DNA of 64,000 nt from Octopus vulgaris (lineage: Eukaryota): the NCBI GenBank assembly GCA_951406725.2, contig OX597831.1, positions 14,136,001 to 14,200,000 on the forward strand. The letters run 5' to 3'. The notes under the pieces are model-generated. The model saw only the letters and a list, made by a program, of their open reading frames with translations, ran no database searches and was not told the DNA's origin. Shown here piece by piece: positions 15,048 through 28,342 of the stretch (its first letter is position 1; each line of letters opens with the position of its first letter). Made by a program: the position numbers and the translations under genes.

Positions 15048-15078
<31 letters not shown>

Positions 15079-15558
15079 CGTCCGTATATATATATATATA
15101 TATATATAATATAATATAATATAATATAATATAACATATATATATACATATATATTTGTTTTGCAAGATTTTTTATGTGAAATCGTGTGTTGAAACATAT
15201 ATTGTTGTATTTAGGAATGGTCATTTTGCCAGTTTAGCCAATAAACAAATTACACGAACATATATAAACAGGAGATACAAATATTACAGGAATTTCCCCC
15301 CACACACACACACTAACTAAACATAGACGCACATAGCGACATACGCATGCGCAAATGAAGACATCGCACGTTTTTAACATGTTCTTATTATTATCAAAGA
15401 ATGTATATATGTATTGTAATCTTTTGTGACAACCAGTACCTAACACAACAAAACTTTTACATGTTACTTTTGACAATCTTTTTCTAAAAAAGTGAAACCG
15501 GTCAAGTAAATAAACATCTTTTAAAATTGCATTTTCAAACCTTCTTTCATATATATAT

Positions 15559-15632
<74 letters not shown>

Positions 15633-15636
<4 letters not shown>

Positions 15637-15935
15637 ACTACCAAAAACGAAATGAAGCGAAGAGTAGCCGTGCACTTTCAGAAATACAAATAAGATCAGC
15701 TCGACCGGATTAAGTAAATATATTTGGGATCTTAAAGATAAAGATAATAGTTTTGATTTAGAATAGAAATTCTTTGCCTCCGTACCTTAATACAATGTAA
15801 GAAGAAAAAGAAATGCCGCTTGTGCATCAATGAAAACTTTCATATTAAAGGCTAGACTCCCACCTCTTAACTCAAGGGAAGAGCGAAATACAACGTGCCT
15901 GCACAAGGCTAAATTTGCTTTCTCTAGATATAAAT
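15633..15935 (+). pseudogene. Penelope-like element GIY-YIG endonuclease C-terminal remnant
   Basis: Frameshifted translation GTTKNEMKRRVAVH.../STGLSKYIWDLKDKDNSFDLE*K.../KCRLCINE.../PLNSREERNTTCLHKAKF matches the PLE pattern ST.LSKYIW.LK...C.LC..EK...LN.R.E...C.H. Confidence 0.8.
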
Positions 15936-16688
15936 AATTTTAGGGATCTAATATGCATCTTCTCCATTAATGGCACCCAAATGTCTTCACCATAGAAATT
16001 CGATTCTAAAAGTTGGCATAGACTACCTTACAATTAAAGTTTGCTCAATAGATTCACTTACCTGTGCCCCTTTAGGTAACCCAGCATTAATATCCTTACA
16101 TTAAACCCGGAGTAAAAACATACCCCACACATAATAACTAAATTATATTATTTCATATCATGTTGGTTCATTTTATTACTCTTCAGTATAACCTTTACAC
16201 TCTCTTATAATCATACAATACCAGTTCTCTTTACTCTTTCCATAAATTTAGACTATAGACTGAACTAGTATCCATTCCCCTACTATACCTTACATCTGTA
16301 AAAATAATTTGCAAATATTTTAATTTTTAATTTTTAATTTTAAATTGTAATCATTAATTTAATTAGGGATATCTACTTTTACTTATTTAATTGACCACTA
16401 GGCTGACTGATTTAAAGGTTGTTTAGCCAATTAGCTGTGAAATTAGCTGTCTGATAGGCTACTCAGCTCACTGATTAGGTGCACTGGATGGTAGACCAGT
16501 AGTCTCCATTTTAGGCCAATTACCTTCACTTAGCCATAAATATTCCCTAATTTTCATAGAGAATAAATTCTTTTCATTGTTTTTACTAATTCCACATTCC
16601 TATTTAAAACCTTTTGGACCATTTTCACCCCCAACCGTCTTATTTCCTAAATGTCTAAATATACATTATAATTTTTCAAATCCACCGC

Positions 16689-17392
16689 GCAAATTATTTT
16701 ATTTGCTAATATAAAGTCAGAAACCATGGTCCAGGAGATAGATGGTAAATGTTCTTATTTTTAATTCCCTTCGAAATTCATCCCTAATAGTGGTTTGGAT
16801 TTTGGCTATTCCTTCCAGTGTGCCAGATACCCTATGATGGATAACTCTTATGTGTTTAAATGTACACTGTATTTATATGAATAATATATAGTGTACTGAC
16901 TAATTTTTCTACACGCTAGGCCACTGGCAATAAAAATTTCTAAAATTTTTCTTACCCTGATATTATTAATTATTGATAATTTTTGTTTTTTGGCAAATTT
17001 TCGAAGTAACGCCGGCCTTATTTTATCTGCTGCCAACAAAAAACTGCGCTTGCGCGGTGGATTGCCTCGTGTTTAAATGTTTAATTTAGACATACCTGTT
17101 GATGAAGACTTCGCCGAGCAAATTATTTTATTTGCTAATACAAAGTCAGAAACCATGTTCCAGAAGACATTAAATGTTTTTATTTTTCATTCCCTTCGAA
17201 ATTTATCCCTAATAATGGTTTGGATTTTAGCTATTCCTTCCAGTGTGCCAGATACCCTATGATGGATACTTCTTATGTTTTTAAACGTACATTGTATTTA
17301 TATAAACAATATATAGTCTATTGACTAATTTTTCTACACGCTAGCCCAATGGTAATAAAAATTTCTAAACTTTTTATTACCCTATTATTAAT
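16689..17392 (+). repeat. Diverged ~280-bp direct repeat (16689-16970, 17118-17392), pLTR-like
   Basis: Both copies start GCAAATTATTTTATTTGCTAATA and share GCTATTCCTTCCAGTGTGCCAGATACCCTATGATGGATA; located downstream of the PLE remnant. Confidence 0.85.
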
Positions 17393-17413
17393 CCTATATA
17401 TATATATATTTAT

Positions 17414-17454
<41 letters not shown>

Positions 17455-17658
17455 TGTATGTGTGTGTGTGTGTGTGTATGTGTCTGTGTGTGTAAGTAGG
17501 TATGTATATGAATATGTTTTCGGTGCGAATGGTTTTTTATATGGCGCCGTGTTTTACAATCCTGTAAAAAAGCTTAAAGCTTATGGCGATCACCGTGCAA
17601 TCACTAAGGAAAATAGTTTAATAAAGGGGCATGTAAGATATATATATATGTATGTGTG

Positions 17659-17713
<55 letters not shown>

Positions 17714-17793
17714 TCAGCAGATCATATATTCGAAAAAGATAATGCACTCCTCTCACTTTCTCTCTCTCTCTCTTTCTCTTGTATCTTTCTCTA

Positions 17794-17831
<38 letters not shown>

Positions 17832-18329
17832 TATTGTCTCTCCTTTGTTTGAAGTAATTATTCGAAAGCGACAGGCTATGAATTTTATTAATAATTGACA
17901 GATTGGTATAAATACGATTTAATCAAGAAAACAGAAGTTAAACCCCATATGTGTATATATCTAAAAGCACGCGTCTGTCTGCATGCATATTTGTCTGTGG
18001 ATCTGTTCTCGTGTATCCATATGTGACATTGTATCATTTAAAACCAGCACATAGCTTTTTGTTTCTTTTCAATACTTACTCATCTCTTTTCTATTGGAAT
18101 ATAAAATATTAATCCTTTATAACGCAATTAGCAACTCGTTTGAATGCAATTCCATTGCGCGCAGCAGGATCAGTATTAGGTTACAGCAGCTATCTCCGTA
18201 TCATACTTAATGAGATACATAGCGAAAAGGCAAATTTACTACAATATTCATCTGGTAGTAATATCTCTTATGGACGTAGAGTGTTTCAGTAAACAAATAT
18301 ATCAGTAACAGACAAAAACTGGCAGAACC

Positions 18330-19026
18330 GTTAGCACGCCGCTATTAAGAGCAGAGCTTGGAAGGAAGGTGTGTAGCGTGTGATCGTCGCATTGACCATG
18401 ACAGAGAAAGTTGTCGTGGCGATACCTGCTCAGAGGCCTACGCAAAGTTGCAGAAAGTGTTTGGAGAGGAGGGTATGAGCTGCACACAAGTCTGCGAGTG
18501 GTTCGGACGTTTCCAAGATGGCCGAAAAATTGTCGATATTGATGAGCTTTCTGAGAGAACCGCAACTACCAGAACTGAGAAAAACATTGCAGATGTGCGT
18601 GAAGCTGTGAGGGGAAATCGTCGAATCACCATTCCAGAGTTGTCAGAGAAGGTGCAGATTAGTTACGCTTCAGTTCACTGGAGATTTGAGCATGAGTCAC
18701 GTGTCTGTCAAGTTTGTGCCAAAACTGCTTTCGGCTGTCCATGAAGACACTTTCCTTGATTGTATCGAGAACGATGGAAACTTTTTGAAAACTTTGCGTA
18801 GGCTTCTGAGGAGGTATCGCCAAGCTTTTGTCAAGATTCGATGCAGATTCTCTGCTCATCTTTCTCTGCCATAGTCAATGCGATGATCGTACGTTAAACA
18901 CCTTCCTTCCAAGGATTTCTGTAAGCAGCGGGAGTAAGCTAGAACATCTGTACCAAGCGGCTTCACTCTGCGTGCTTTAGCTTCGTTACTATGGCAACAG
19001 TCCGGATACTTATTGATCAGACCACG
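18330..19026 (+). mobile_element. Internally deleted mariner transposon
   Basis: HTH region EAYAKLQKVFGEEGMSCTQVCEWFGRFQDGR...NRRITIPELSEKVQIS, WVPHEL-equivalent FVPKLL, and end ACTTATTGATCAGACCACG|TA. Confidence 0.85.
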
Positions 19027-19383
19027 TATCTTACAAAATACTAGAACGATAAAAAATTTTGGAAAGGTCAGGTGACTAACGAAGGGTTAAATGGTACTTT
19101 ATGTTATCGACACTTGAGAGAGGAAATGCAAAACTTGCCACGGCAGTATTTGAACTTGGAATGTAAAGAACTGGAAGAAATATCGGTAAGAATTTCTTTT
19201 ACCAACGCTTCCCCAATAACATAATCAACGATTTACTTTACATTTTTTCATCTCCTCTTTAGATGTCAGATCAAATAATAGAGATTTTATGCCGATATAA
19301 GTGCTTTTATCTCGAGATTCTTGGCGTAGTTTTTAGAAATAGACCTAGCACAAGAGTTCCAAATTTACTTGCAATTACATATA

Positions 19384-20172
19384 TATTTCTTTATTGCTCA
19401 CAGGGGGCTAAAAACAGAGGGGGACAAACAAGGATAGACAAAGGGATTAAGTCAATTACATTGACCCCAGTGTGTAACTGGTACTTATTTAATCGACCCC
19501 GAAAGAATGGAAGGCAAAGTCGACCTCGGCGGAATTTGAACTCAGAACGTAACGGTAGACGAAATACCTATTTCTTTACTACACACAAGGAGCTAAACAC
19601 AGAGGGGACAAACAAGGACAGACAAACGGATTAAGTCGAATATATCGACCCCAGTGCGTAACTGGTACTTATTTAATCGCCCCCGAAAGGATGAAAGACA
19701 AAGTCGACCTCGGCGGAATTTGAACTCAGAACGTAACGGTAGACGAAATACCTATTTCTTTATTACCGACAAGGGGCTAGACATAGAGGGGACAAACAAG
19801 GACAGACATAGGTATTAAGTCGATTACATCGACCCCAGTGCGTAACTGGTACATAATTTATCGACCCCGAAAGGCTGAAAGGCAAAGTCGACTCCGGCGG
19901 AATTTGAACTCAAAACGTAACGGCAGACGAAATACCTATTTCTTTATTACCCACAAGGGGCTAAACACAGAGGGGACAAACAAGGACAGACATAGGTATT
20001 AAGTCGATTACATCGACCCCAGTGCGTAACTGGTACTTAATTTATCGACCCCGAAAGGCTGAAAGGCAAAGTCGACTCCGGAGGAATTTGAACTCAGAAC
20101 GTAACGGCTGACGAAATACCGTTAAGCATTTCGACCAACATGCTAACGTTTCTGCCAACCCCTCGCCACCTT
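19384..20172 (-). mobile_element. Tandem tetramer of SINE family B (~184-bp period)
   Basis: Units begin TATTTCTTTA at 19384, 19569, 19753 and 19937; only the last unit continues into the SINE head. Confidence 0.9.
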
Positions 20173-20440
20173 AAAGCTTCTTGCCACACAGATGCATCTG
20201 CGCCTTTTCCTTTAATTTGCTTTTGCTAACCCATATTTCAACATAGTTTCTTGCCTAAGTCATAAGAATTTAGAAACGTCGAGGGCGTACGAAATAATTC
20301 GCTTTAACGATTTAACTGAAAGCAGAAAGAGCTATAAATAAATAAGGTGTAGATATTATCACTAATAGCATGTAAATATGAGGTCAAATTTTTTCTAACA
20401 AAAAAGCCATTTTTTAAACTTAGTATTTAACTATTATCTT

Positions 20441-20596
20441 CAGGGTGGGCCAGAATTCAGAAGTTATTAATATATTCATATCTATTAATAAGCATTTTAA
20501 GAAATATAATAATACATTCAAACAATACAATAGCATTAAAATAAACATATTAAGAAATAAAACTATTTAGTCAGTCATGAATTCTGGCCCAACCTA
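20441..20596. mobile_element. Tc1-like MITE
   Basis: CAGGGTGGGCCAGAATTCA ... TGAATTCTGGCCCAACCT inverted termini. Confidence 0.65.
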
Positions 20597-20684
20597 TGCT
20601 TCAAGTCCAACCGTTAAAAACGAATTGTTATAGTTTCTTGCACTGGAACACCGAGAAGAGTTTTTTGCTGTAGTATCTTAGCAG

Positions 20685-21060
20685 GACTGGCTGCGTGGTA
20701 AGTAGCTTGCTTGCCAACCACATGGTTCCGGATTCAGTCCCACTTTTTGGCACCTTGGACAAGTGTCTTCTACTGTAGCCTCGAGCCGACCAAAGGCTTG
20801 GGAGTAGATTTGGTAGATGGAAACTGAAAGAAGCCCGTCGTATATATACATATATATATATATATGTGTGTGTGTGTATGTATATGTTTGTGTGTCTGTG
20901 TTTGCCCCCCACCACCCACCTGACAACTGATGTTAGTGTGTTTACCCCCGTAACAGTTCAGAAAAACAGACCAATAGAATAAGCACAAGGCTTATAAAGG
21001 ATAAGTCCTGGGGCCGATTCGTTCGACTAAAGGCGGTGTTTCAGCATAGCTGCGAATAAA
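20685..21060 (+). mobile_element. SINE family A
   Basis: Match to 14120-14548. Confidence 0.85.
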
Positions 21061-21504
21061 AGGATAAAATACTTAGGGTCGTAAGGTCTCAAGTTCAATT
21101 CCCGGCGACGTGTTGTGTCCTTCAGCAAGAGACTTTATTTCATATTACACCAGTCCATTCAGCTGGGGAAAATGAGTTGTACCTGTATTTCAAAAGGGCC
21201 AACCCCTTGTCATATTCTGTGTCCAGCTGTAAAGTGTCTTCTTCTAAAGCCACGGGCTGACCAAAGCTTTGTGAGTGGATTCGGTAGACGGAAACTGTAA
21301 GAAGCTCGTCGTATATATTCTACATATACCTACATGAATGTATGTCTTTGTGCCTGTTTTTTTAACCCACCATCACATGACAACCGTATTGGTGTGTTTA
21401 CGACCCCGTAACTTAACAGTTTGGCAAAAATGATCGATTGAGTAAGTACCAAGCTTATAAAAAAATAAATAAATGTGGGGGTTGATTTATTCAACTAAAA
21501 ATTC

Positions 21505-22230
21505 GGTAGGTTTTGGTTATCTCATCTCCATTAAAAAGCTGCCATTAAAAACTGGGTTACCCAACCACTAAAAAATCAAGTTAATGTGTCAACAAGAGAT
21601 TGGATTAAAAGGGGTTAGATCCTTTTGATTCAATGCTTCAACAAATTGTTGATGTTTGGCCTCCTCAATAGGCAGGGTAGGATTTTAGAAAATTCCTATT
21701 CGTAAATCTCACAACGTGAGATATTCAGCAACAGTACTTTGGAGTAAAGATTGTTTGCCAACATAACATGGCAGTCCTGGTTTAGGACTAATGTTGCTGT
21801 CATTTAGCCCCAGGAGACATCGTCTCTCGCTGGCTATACAACACGATCTGTGTCATTATATTTTCGAACAAGGGAACCTAGCACCCCACTCAGCTCCAAA
21901 CAATATCTGTGTATCGTGAAATAACCCAGAAATCGCGATACACAGATATTGTTTTGAGCTGAGTTGGGGTGCTAGATTCCCTTGTTCGAAAATATAAGGA
22001 CACAGATCGTGTTGTATGGCCAGCTGGAGGACTAATTACAGCAACATTCGTCCTAAACCAGGACTGCCATGTTATGTTGGCAAACAATCTTTACTCCATG
22101 GTATGATTTGTTAGATTCAATTTTTCATTTCTTATTTTTTTTGTTTTGTTTTATTGGGGGTTAAACAATTTTTTTTAGTTGGGGGAGATAACCCAATTTT
22201 TTAATGGGGGTGAGATAACCAAAAAGTACC
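21505..22230 (+). mobile_element. Merlin-like non-autonomous DNA transposon
   Basis: TIRs GGTAGGTTTTGGTTATCTCA / TGAGATAACCAAAAAGTACC; 8-bp TSD AAAAATTC (21497-21504, 22231-22238); residual KGLDPFDSMLQQIVDVWPPQ* (21609-21671) resembles a Merlin transposase C-terminus. Confidence 0.7.
21740..22098. mobile_element. Foldback element (~165-175 bp arms) nested in the Merlin-like element
   Basis: TGGAGTAAAGATTGTTTGCCAAC... is the reverse complement of ...GTTGGCAAACAATCTTTACTCCA; centre near 21925. Confidence 0.9.
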
Positions 22231-22649
22231 AAAAATTCTTCAAGGCAGTGCCCCAGTATAGCCGCAGTCCAATGATTGAAACAAGCAAAAGATGAAAAAC
22301 AGATACACTTGTAATAAGGACTAAATAAAGTTTGCAATCATTGGTGCTTTAAGTTCTTGGAGTTTGGAGAAGGGGTGGGGAATATGTCGTTTCTGTTCTT
22401 GTAAAGTAAATTAAGGAACGGCGCCTCTCCTCAAGTTTACCATCCGTTACCGCTTCGTTGGGTAGATTTAATGGTGTGGAATATGTGGTGACTGTAACTT
22501 TACCTTTCGAAACATGAGGATCCTTGATGAAAGGTCGTGAACCGTGGTGACCTTCTTCCGACTAAGCTGTGAACAAAAAAGAAAAAAATGAAAAAAGAAA
22601 AAGCAAGCATTTTGTGAATAGCATTTTCCTTGCAATTAATCATTTTCTA

Positions 22650-22968
22650 CTCACACACACACACACATGCATAGACACACGCACAAACACACACACACAC
22701 ACACACATACACACACACAAACACCACACATACATACACAAACACACACACAGAGAAATACACACACACATAAACACACACACACACACAAATATACACA
22801 CACACAAACACACACACAACACACACACAAAACACACACACACATACACACACTAACACGCGAACACATACACACAAACACACACAAACACAAACACACA
22901 CACATACAAACACACTCACACGCTCAAGCACACACACACGCTCAAGCACACACACACAACACATACAA

Positions 22969-23019
<51 letters not shown>

Positions 23020-23081
23020 AACACACACAAACATATAAGCACACACACAAACACACACACAACACACACAAACATAAACAC

Positions 23082-23112
<31 letters not shown>

Positions 23113-23165
23113 ACACATACAAATACACACACACACGCACACACACAAACACACACACACACACG
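22650..23165. repeat. Imperfect (CA)n microsatellite
   Basis: Direct inspection. Confidence 0.95.
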
Positions 23166-23539
23166 TAAGCATTAATCATCTGAGTTTCCTGTTTTTTTAT
23201 TTTTTTAACGATAATAATTACAATTATTCACAAAGATGTTTTTTACGGTATTCACCGGAATTAACATGAATATCCGGGTTCCATTCGCCGCATCAACACA
23301 TTGTACACGAATATAAAAGACAGAAATGTAACGTGTAGTGAATAATACAGAGTAATATAGAAGGTGTGCCGGGTGTTTGTGAGTTCAAACGTCAGCCAAT
23401 CCACACAAAAGACAAAAAACGGAAATGATCCTAACGTAATGTTACGTTGTACCACGTCAAATATCGAACTCTTTCAGATTGCATTGAAAAAGTACGGCGT
23501 TCTCTTGGCTTTAGTCGATAGCCACAGAGACTTGGAGAT

Positions 23540-23890
23540 CGCTAGTTTCTCTTAGATGGTTTGGTCCTTCGCGTTCAGGATTGAAAAAACTGGAAGGGCG
23601 GGGTTCTAGCAGAAGTAAGTCAACGGTGGTCAAGAATAAGAAAATTTCTAAACGGCCAGACGTCCCCAAGACGGCCAAGTTCGTCCAGCAGATCGAGGAC
23701 ATTATAAGCAACAACCTCAAGAATTAGATGAGAGCCCGTCATCAAACAATATACAATAACCACATATGTATACAATAATTTCATTATATATTAACATCTC
23801 GACGTGGCTGAGTCCACTATCAAACGCGTGGTATACGAAGATATCATGTACAGCTCCTTCGTGGTGAAGAAAGGGCTGTCCATGTCCTCC
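23540..23890 (+). mobile_element. Degraded Tc1/maT-type transposase fragment
   Basis: Translates VQQIEDIISNN...VAESTIKRVVYEDIMYSSFVVKKG, a typical second-HTH region of Tc1/maT-type transposases. Confidence 0.55.
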
Positions 23891-24899
23891 GGTAAGACGT
23901 GGCAAAATACTGTGATAGTTTGATCATGTGGTGGCTTCCTAACTGTCTTTAATTTGGAGCTCTTGCATTGCTTCGTCTGCAGTGTTGCTGAGTGGCAGGG
24001 GACCGGGAGGCGGCCACATGGTGTCGAGGACACGTTGGGAGCTGGTGTTATGGGCGTGAAGGCATCTGACGGCCGCATGTTGGTGCTTCCCTGTCAGATC
24101 TAGACCCTCGTTGTGGTGTTTTTTCTTTCATATATTTAATGAAACCAGTGTTCTTTCTTTTCTCTCAACAGCATCAGAGAACCTCAAAGCAATGTAATCA
24201 ATCATGCACGAGACAATGAGGAAACGAGGAAGCCCCTAAGTGGTCGCTCAGCCTACAACAGACACCATTAAAATCTGCTTCGTATCAGACCCTGAAAAGA
24301 GGATAACATTGGATAAAGAGTAAAGTGAAAAGATCTTCGTCATTTTCGACGAGGAGTACTCTCACCGTTCGTTTAATTGAACTATCTACTCACTGGATTA
24401 TAATGTAACTGGCTGAATATCTCGCAGACATCTTCGGGTAAAGTCAGTAAGAGACAGTGTATAATAGGGAAGGTCTTTTCAATTGCAGGCTTCTACACAG
24501 TTTCCAACTATCCAAATTCATTCACAAAGCTTGAAATGATTGATGCCAGGAAAGAAGAAATTTGTCAAAGATATCACGAAGTGGGAACAAAACCGGCATC
24601 TAAGATAGCGACAAGATACAATTTCAGTGAGATTTAGTTGCTAAAAATGTAAATAATTTTTTTTTTTTAAAGTAAGAAATGGAGCAGGTAAACACGGACT
24701 ACGAATGTTTCGTAGCAAAGTGATGCTACTTACCGGTGCATCAGCATGGCCGCAGCTCTTAGCTGGAACATAAAAAAAAATACACAAAAGGAACTTAGCT
24801 AATCCTCAGGTCCTGTTACCTCTGCGTTGTTTACATTATCGTGTGCAGATGAATAAATGATTTATGAAACTAACCACAACACGAATGGCAAGTTTAAAA

Positions 24900-25004
24900 G
24901 CAGAAACGTAAAAGACTTTTTCTATTCCTGAGCATTATACTAATACATCTGTTTGTTTTGTACACCACCTGTCTTCGTCTTTTGGTTTTTTCGTAAACTC
25001 TCCC

Positions 25005-25005
<1 letters not shown>
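24900..25005 (+). mobile_element. 3'-terminal fragment related to the Penelope family at 51478-52990
   Basis: GAAACGTAAAAGACT...TTCCTGAGC..ATACTAATACA...CCACCTG.CTTCGTCTTTTG matches the reverse complement of 51480-51582; ends in (TA)n. Confidence 0.75.
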
Positions 25006-25035
<30 letters not shown>

Positions 25036-25079
25036 ATATATATCTGTAAAATAATATGTGAGACTTATTCAATAGCCAA

Positions 25080-25140
25080 GATAAAACTCTGAGTTTCGGA
25101 TGCCGAGGTGGAAATCCACAACAACATCTCTTCGGTTATC
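25080..25140 (-). ncRNA. Type I hammerhead-like motif (U4C variant) in a ~100-bp element embedded in (TA)n
   Basis: GAUAA CCGAAGA GAUGUUG..GUGG/CCAC..CGGCAUC C GAA ACUC-A-GAGU U UUAUC; all three stems pair. Confidence 0.65.
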
Positions 25141-25989
25141 TGGCCATATATATATATATATATCTGTGTGTGTGTGTGTGTTCGTGTGTGTATAAAGGTG
25201 GGAGTAGTCTGTGCGTGTAACCTCGCTGCTGACAACCAGTGTTGGTTTACTTCTCGTAACTTAGCGGTTACCAAAGGGAGACCGATAGAATAAGTAAATA
25301 GAGGTTCAAATAAATGAATAGATACTGGGATTGATTTGTTCGACCAATCCTACAGGGCAACCCTCCAGCATGGCCGCTGGAATCGAGTGAAAGTGTACAA
25401 TTAATTTTGAGCGAATCACTTGCAGCTTTCACGCTTCTTTTAGTTTTCTGGGAATAAAGACACGGAATCAGCCATCTTGAAAGTTTGGGTTTTCTCTGTT
25501 CTAATACCGAAAACAAACAAAGACAATCTGTATGCAAGGGTTGCTCGGATTAAAAGAAAAGTTATTCCCAAGATCGAGGAGCAAATCTGATTGGTTGATC
25601 TGGGGCAATGAGCCGTAATGTAGCGGGAACTGCTTACAAGACATCAACGCATATTTATTCCATTATCGGTTTGGGTCTCAGAGTGTGGCCATTAAAAGCG
25701 CCATTAAAACTTTTGACACGTTTGTAATGGGATTCTTGGTCGGAGGTCTTTAACCTGAAAATATATGCATATTCCATCTTATTCTGATATTCATACCTTC
25801 TGTTTCTTTCTGTCTGTCTCTCTGTCTCTCTCTCTCTCCTTTTCTCTCTCACTCTCTCTCTCTCCTTCTTTCGCATACCTACATGGACATACTCTCGCTT
25901 TCTCAGGTTCATATACACACATTCATGTATGGTAAAATACATACACTTTGCATACATACACAAACGTATGCGTACACTATTAAGTACAA

Positions 25990-26109
25990 ACATTCACATA
26001 CATACACACGCAACACACACACACACACTACACAGAAGTATATGTATAGACTTATGCATGTGTGCGTATGAATATATATATATATAAATACAAACGTGTA
26101 TGTATATAT

Positions 26110-26143
<34 letters not shown>

Positions 26144-26169
26144 GTAGATAGATAGATACCTGTATGTAT

Positions 26170-26210
<41 letters not shown>

Positions 26211-26302
26211 TATATGTGTGTATATATATACATATATGTATACATATATGTATACATATATGTATACATATACATATACATATATGTGTGTATATATCTA
26301 CA

Positions 26303-26344
<42 letters not shown>

Positions 26345-26356
26345 GGTGTGTATATA

Positions 26357-26389
<33 letters not shown>

Positions 26390-26418
26390 TTTTATATATA
26401 TATATGTATATACACACA

Positions 26419-26469
<51 letters not shown>

Positions 26470-26594
26470 ATATATACGTATGTATCAATATATATCTGTA
26501 AGTATGTATATGCATGTATGTATAATTGTATGTATGCACACACACATATGCACATGCATTATCGGTGTGTTTGTATGCATGTGTGTGTGTGTAT

Positions 26595-26674
<80 letters not shown>

Positions 26675-26679
26675 ATACT

Positions 26680-26710
<31 letters not shown>
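25990..26710. repeat. Compound (TA)/(TG)/(CA) microsatellite
   Basis: Direct inspection. Confidence 0.95.
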
Positions 26711-27059
26711 CCGAAAATAGGAAAGAATTTATTGCATCAGCAGAACAACTTTGGAAATGAATAAAAGAATTCCCAAAATGAAAATATCTTTATTGGTTCT
26801 GCACCATTGCTGCACCATCCCCCCACCCCCCAATCTACCCGTCCATTCCCTCTCTGCTTTTCTGCACCCCCCCCCATCTATCCCGCTACTTTTCCACCCC
26901 GCCACCATGACCACCTTCACTCTAACCCCTCTAAACTAATATTCCTACCTTCAGTCTCATTCTGCTAAAAATAGCAGCCAAACTCCCTTCAATAAAAAGA
27001 AGTCCTTCTCCTCTGCCCTGCCACCGCCACTTCGCCTCCACACCACTACCTCCTTTGTA

Positions 27060-27330
27060 TATCTCCATCACCACAACCACCACCACCATGACCACCACCT
27101 CCACCTCTACCATCAACCTCCCAAAACCGCCCACAACCTCCACCACCATCTACACCACTACGAACACCACCACCATCATAACCACCACTCCCACCCTACC
27201 ACCACCTCCATCAACCTCCAAAACTACCCACAACCACCACCATCATCACAAACACCACTACCAATACCATCACCATTATAACCACCACCACCACCTCCAC
27301 CATCACCACCACCACGACCACCACCACCTT
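27060..27330. repeat. (CAC)n-rich low-complexity tract
   Basis: Direct inspection. Confidence 0.9.
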
Positions 27331-27527
27331 ATATATATATTTCTTTGTTTTTTTCGTTGTTCGAAAAAAATGTTCGTTTTCTGTTTTTCTTTTTATGTTT
27401 TCGTTTCTCATTGAGTTCAACGTGTTTTTTGATGTCCTGTACCCATATATGCATGTATATATACATATATATGTAGGTATGTACATATGTGTATGTATAT
27501 ATGCATATATTTATATATTATTTATAT

Positions 27528-27583
<56 letters not shown>

Positions 27584-27588
27584 CATAC

Positions 27589-27693
<105 letters not shown>

Positions 27694-27694
27694 T

Positions 27695-27762
<68 letters not shown>

Positions 27763-28231
27763 GATACAGCTTTCCTGTTACTCGAAGAGCCGCTAAATAG
27801 GGTCAACCATGGAACCCCATAGAGCCAAGATCATCCTCATTACAAAGGACATTTGTCCCCGCCCGACTGTTGTCCTCCGAATTCTTTCTATTAAAAGCGA
27901 AATTTTTTGGTGAAGGAGTCTTGTCGATTATATCGACCCCAGTACGCAGCTGGTTCTTATTTTATCAACCCTGGGAGGATAAAAAGCAAAGCTGACCTAA
28001 GCTAAAAAGTTGTTGGGAGAAGCCCGCTAAGCATTTTGTCTGTCTCGTTAATGATTCCGCCACCTCCATTAATAATACCTTTCTGTTTTTTCATCGACTA
28101 CAAGGACCAAAAGAGCATCCCACTTAGGATATTACAAAAACAACGGTCACTTTACAAATACACGTGTGATATAGGCGCGGGCGTGGCCGTGTGGTAAGTA
28201 ACTTGCTTGCCAGCCACATGGTTTCGGGTTC

Positions 28232-28342
28232 AGTTCCACTGTGTGACACCTTGGGCAAGTGTCTTCTACTATAGCCTCGGGCTGACCAAAGCCTTGTGAG
28301 TGGATTTGGTAGACGGAAACTGATAGAAGCCCGTCGTATATA
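28232..28342 (+). mobile_element. SINE family A 5' half
   Basis: Head match. Confidence 0.85.

Larger units (their letters stand above)
21235..22300 (+). mobile_element. SINE family A split by an insertion at 21505-22230
   Basis: SINE sequence stops at ...CAACTAAAAATTC and resumes AAAAATTCTTCAAGGCAGTGCCCCAG. Confidence 0.8.

Noticed and set aside
19384-20172. CRISPR-like array
   Set aside because: No unique spacers; the units are whole SINE bodies in eukaryotic DNA
22524-22556. TTGATGA + AAGGTC/GACCTT hairpin as a hammerhead
   Set aside because: No following GAAA or stem I
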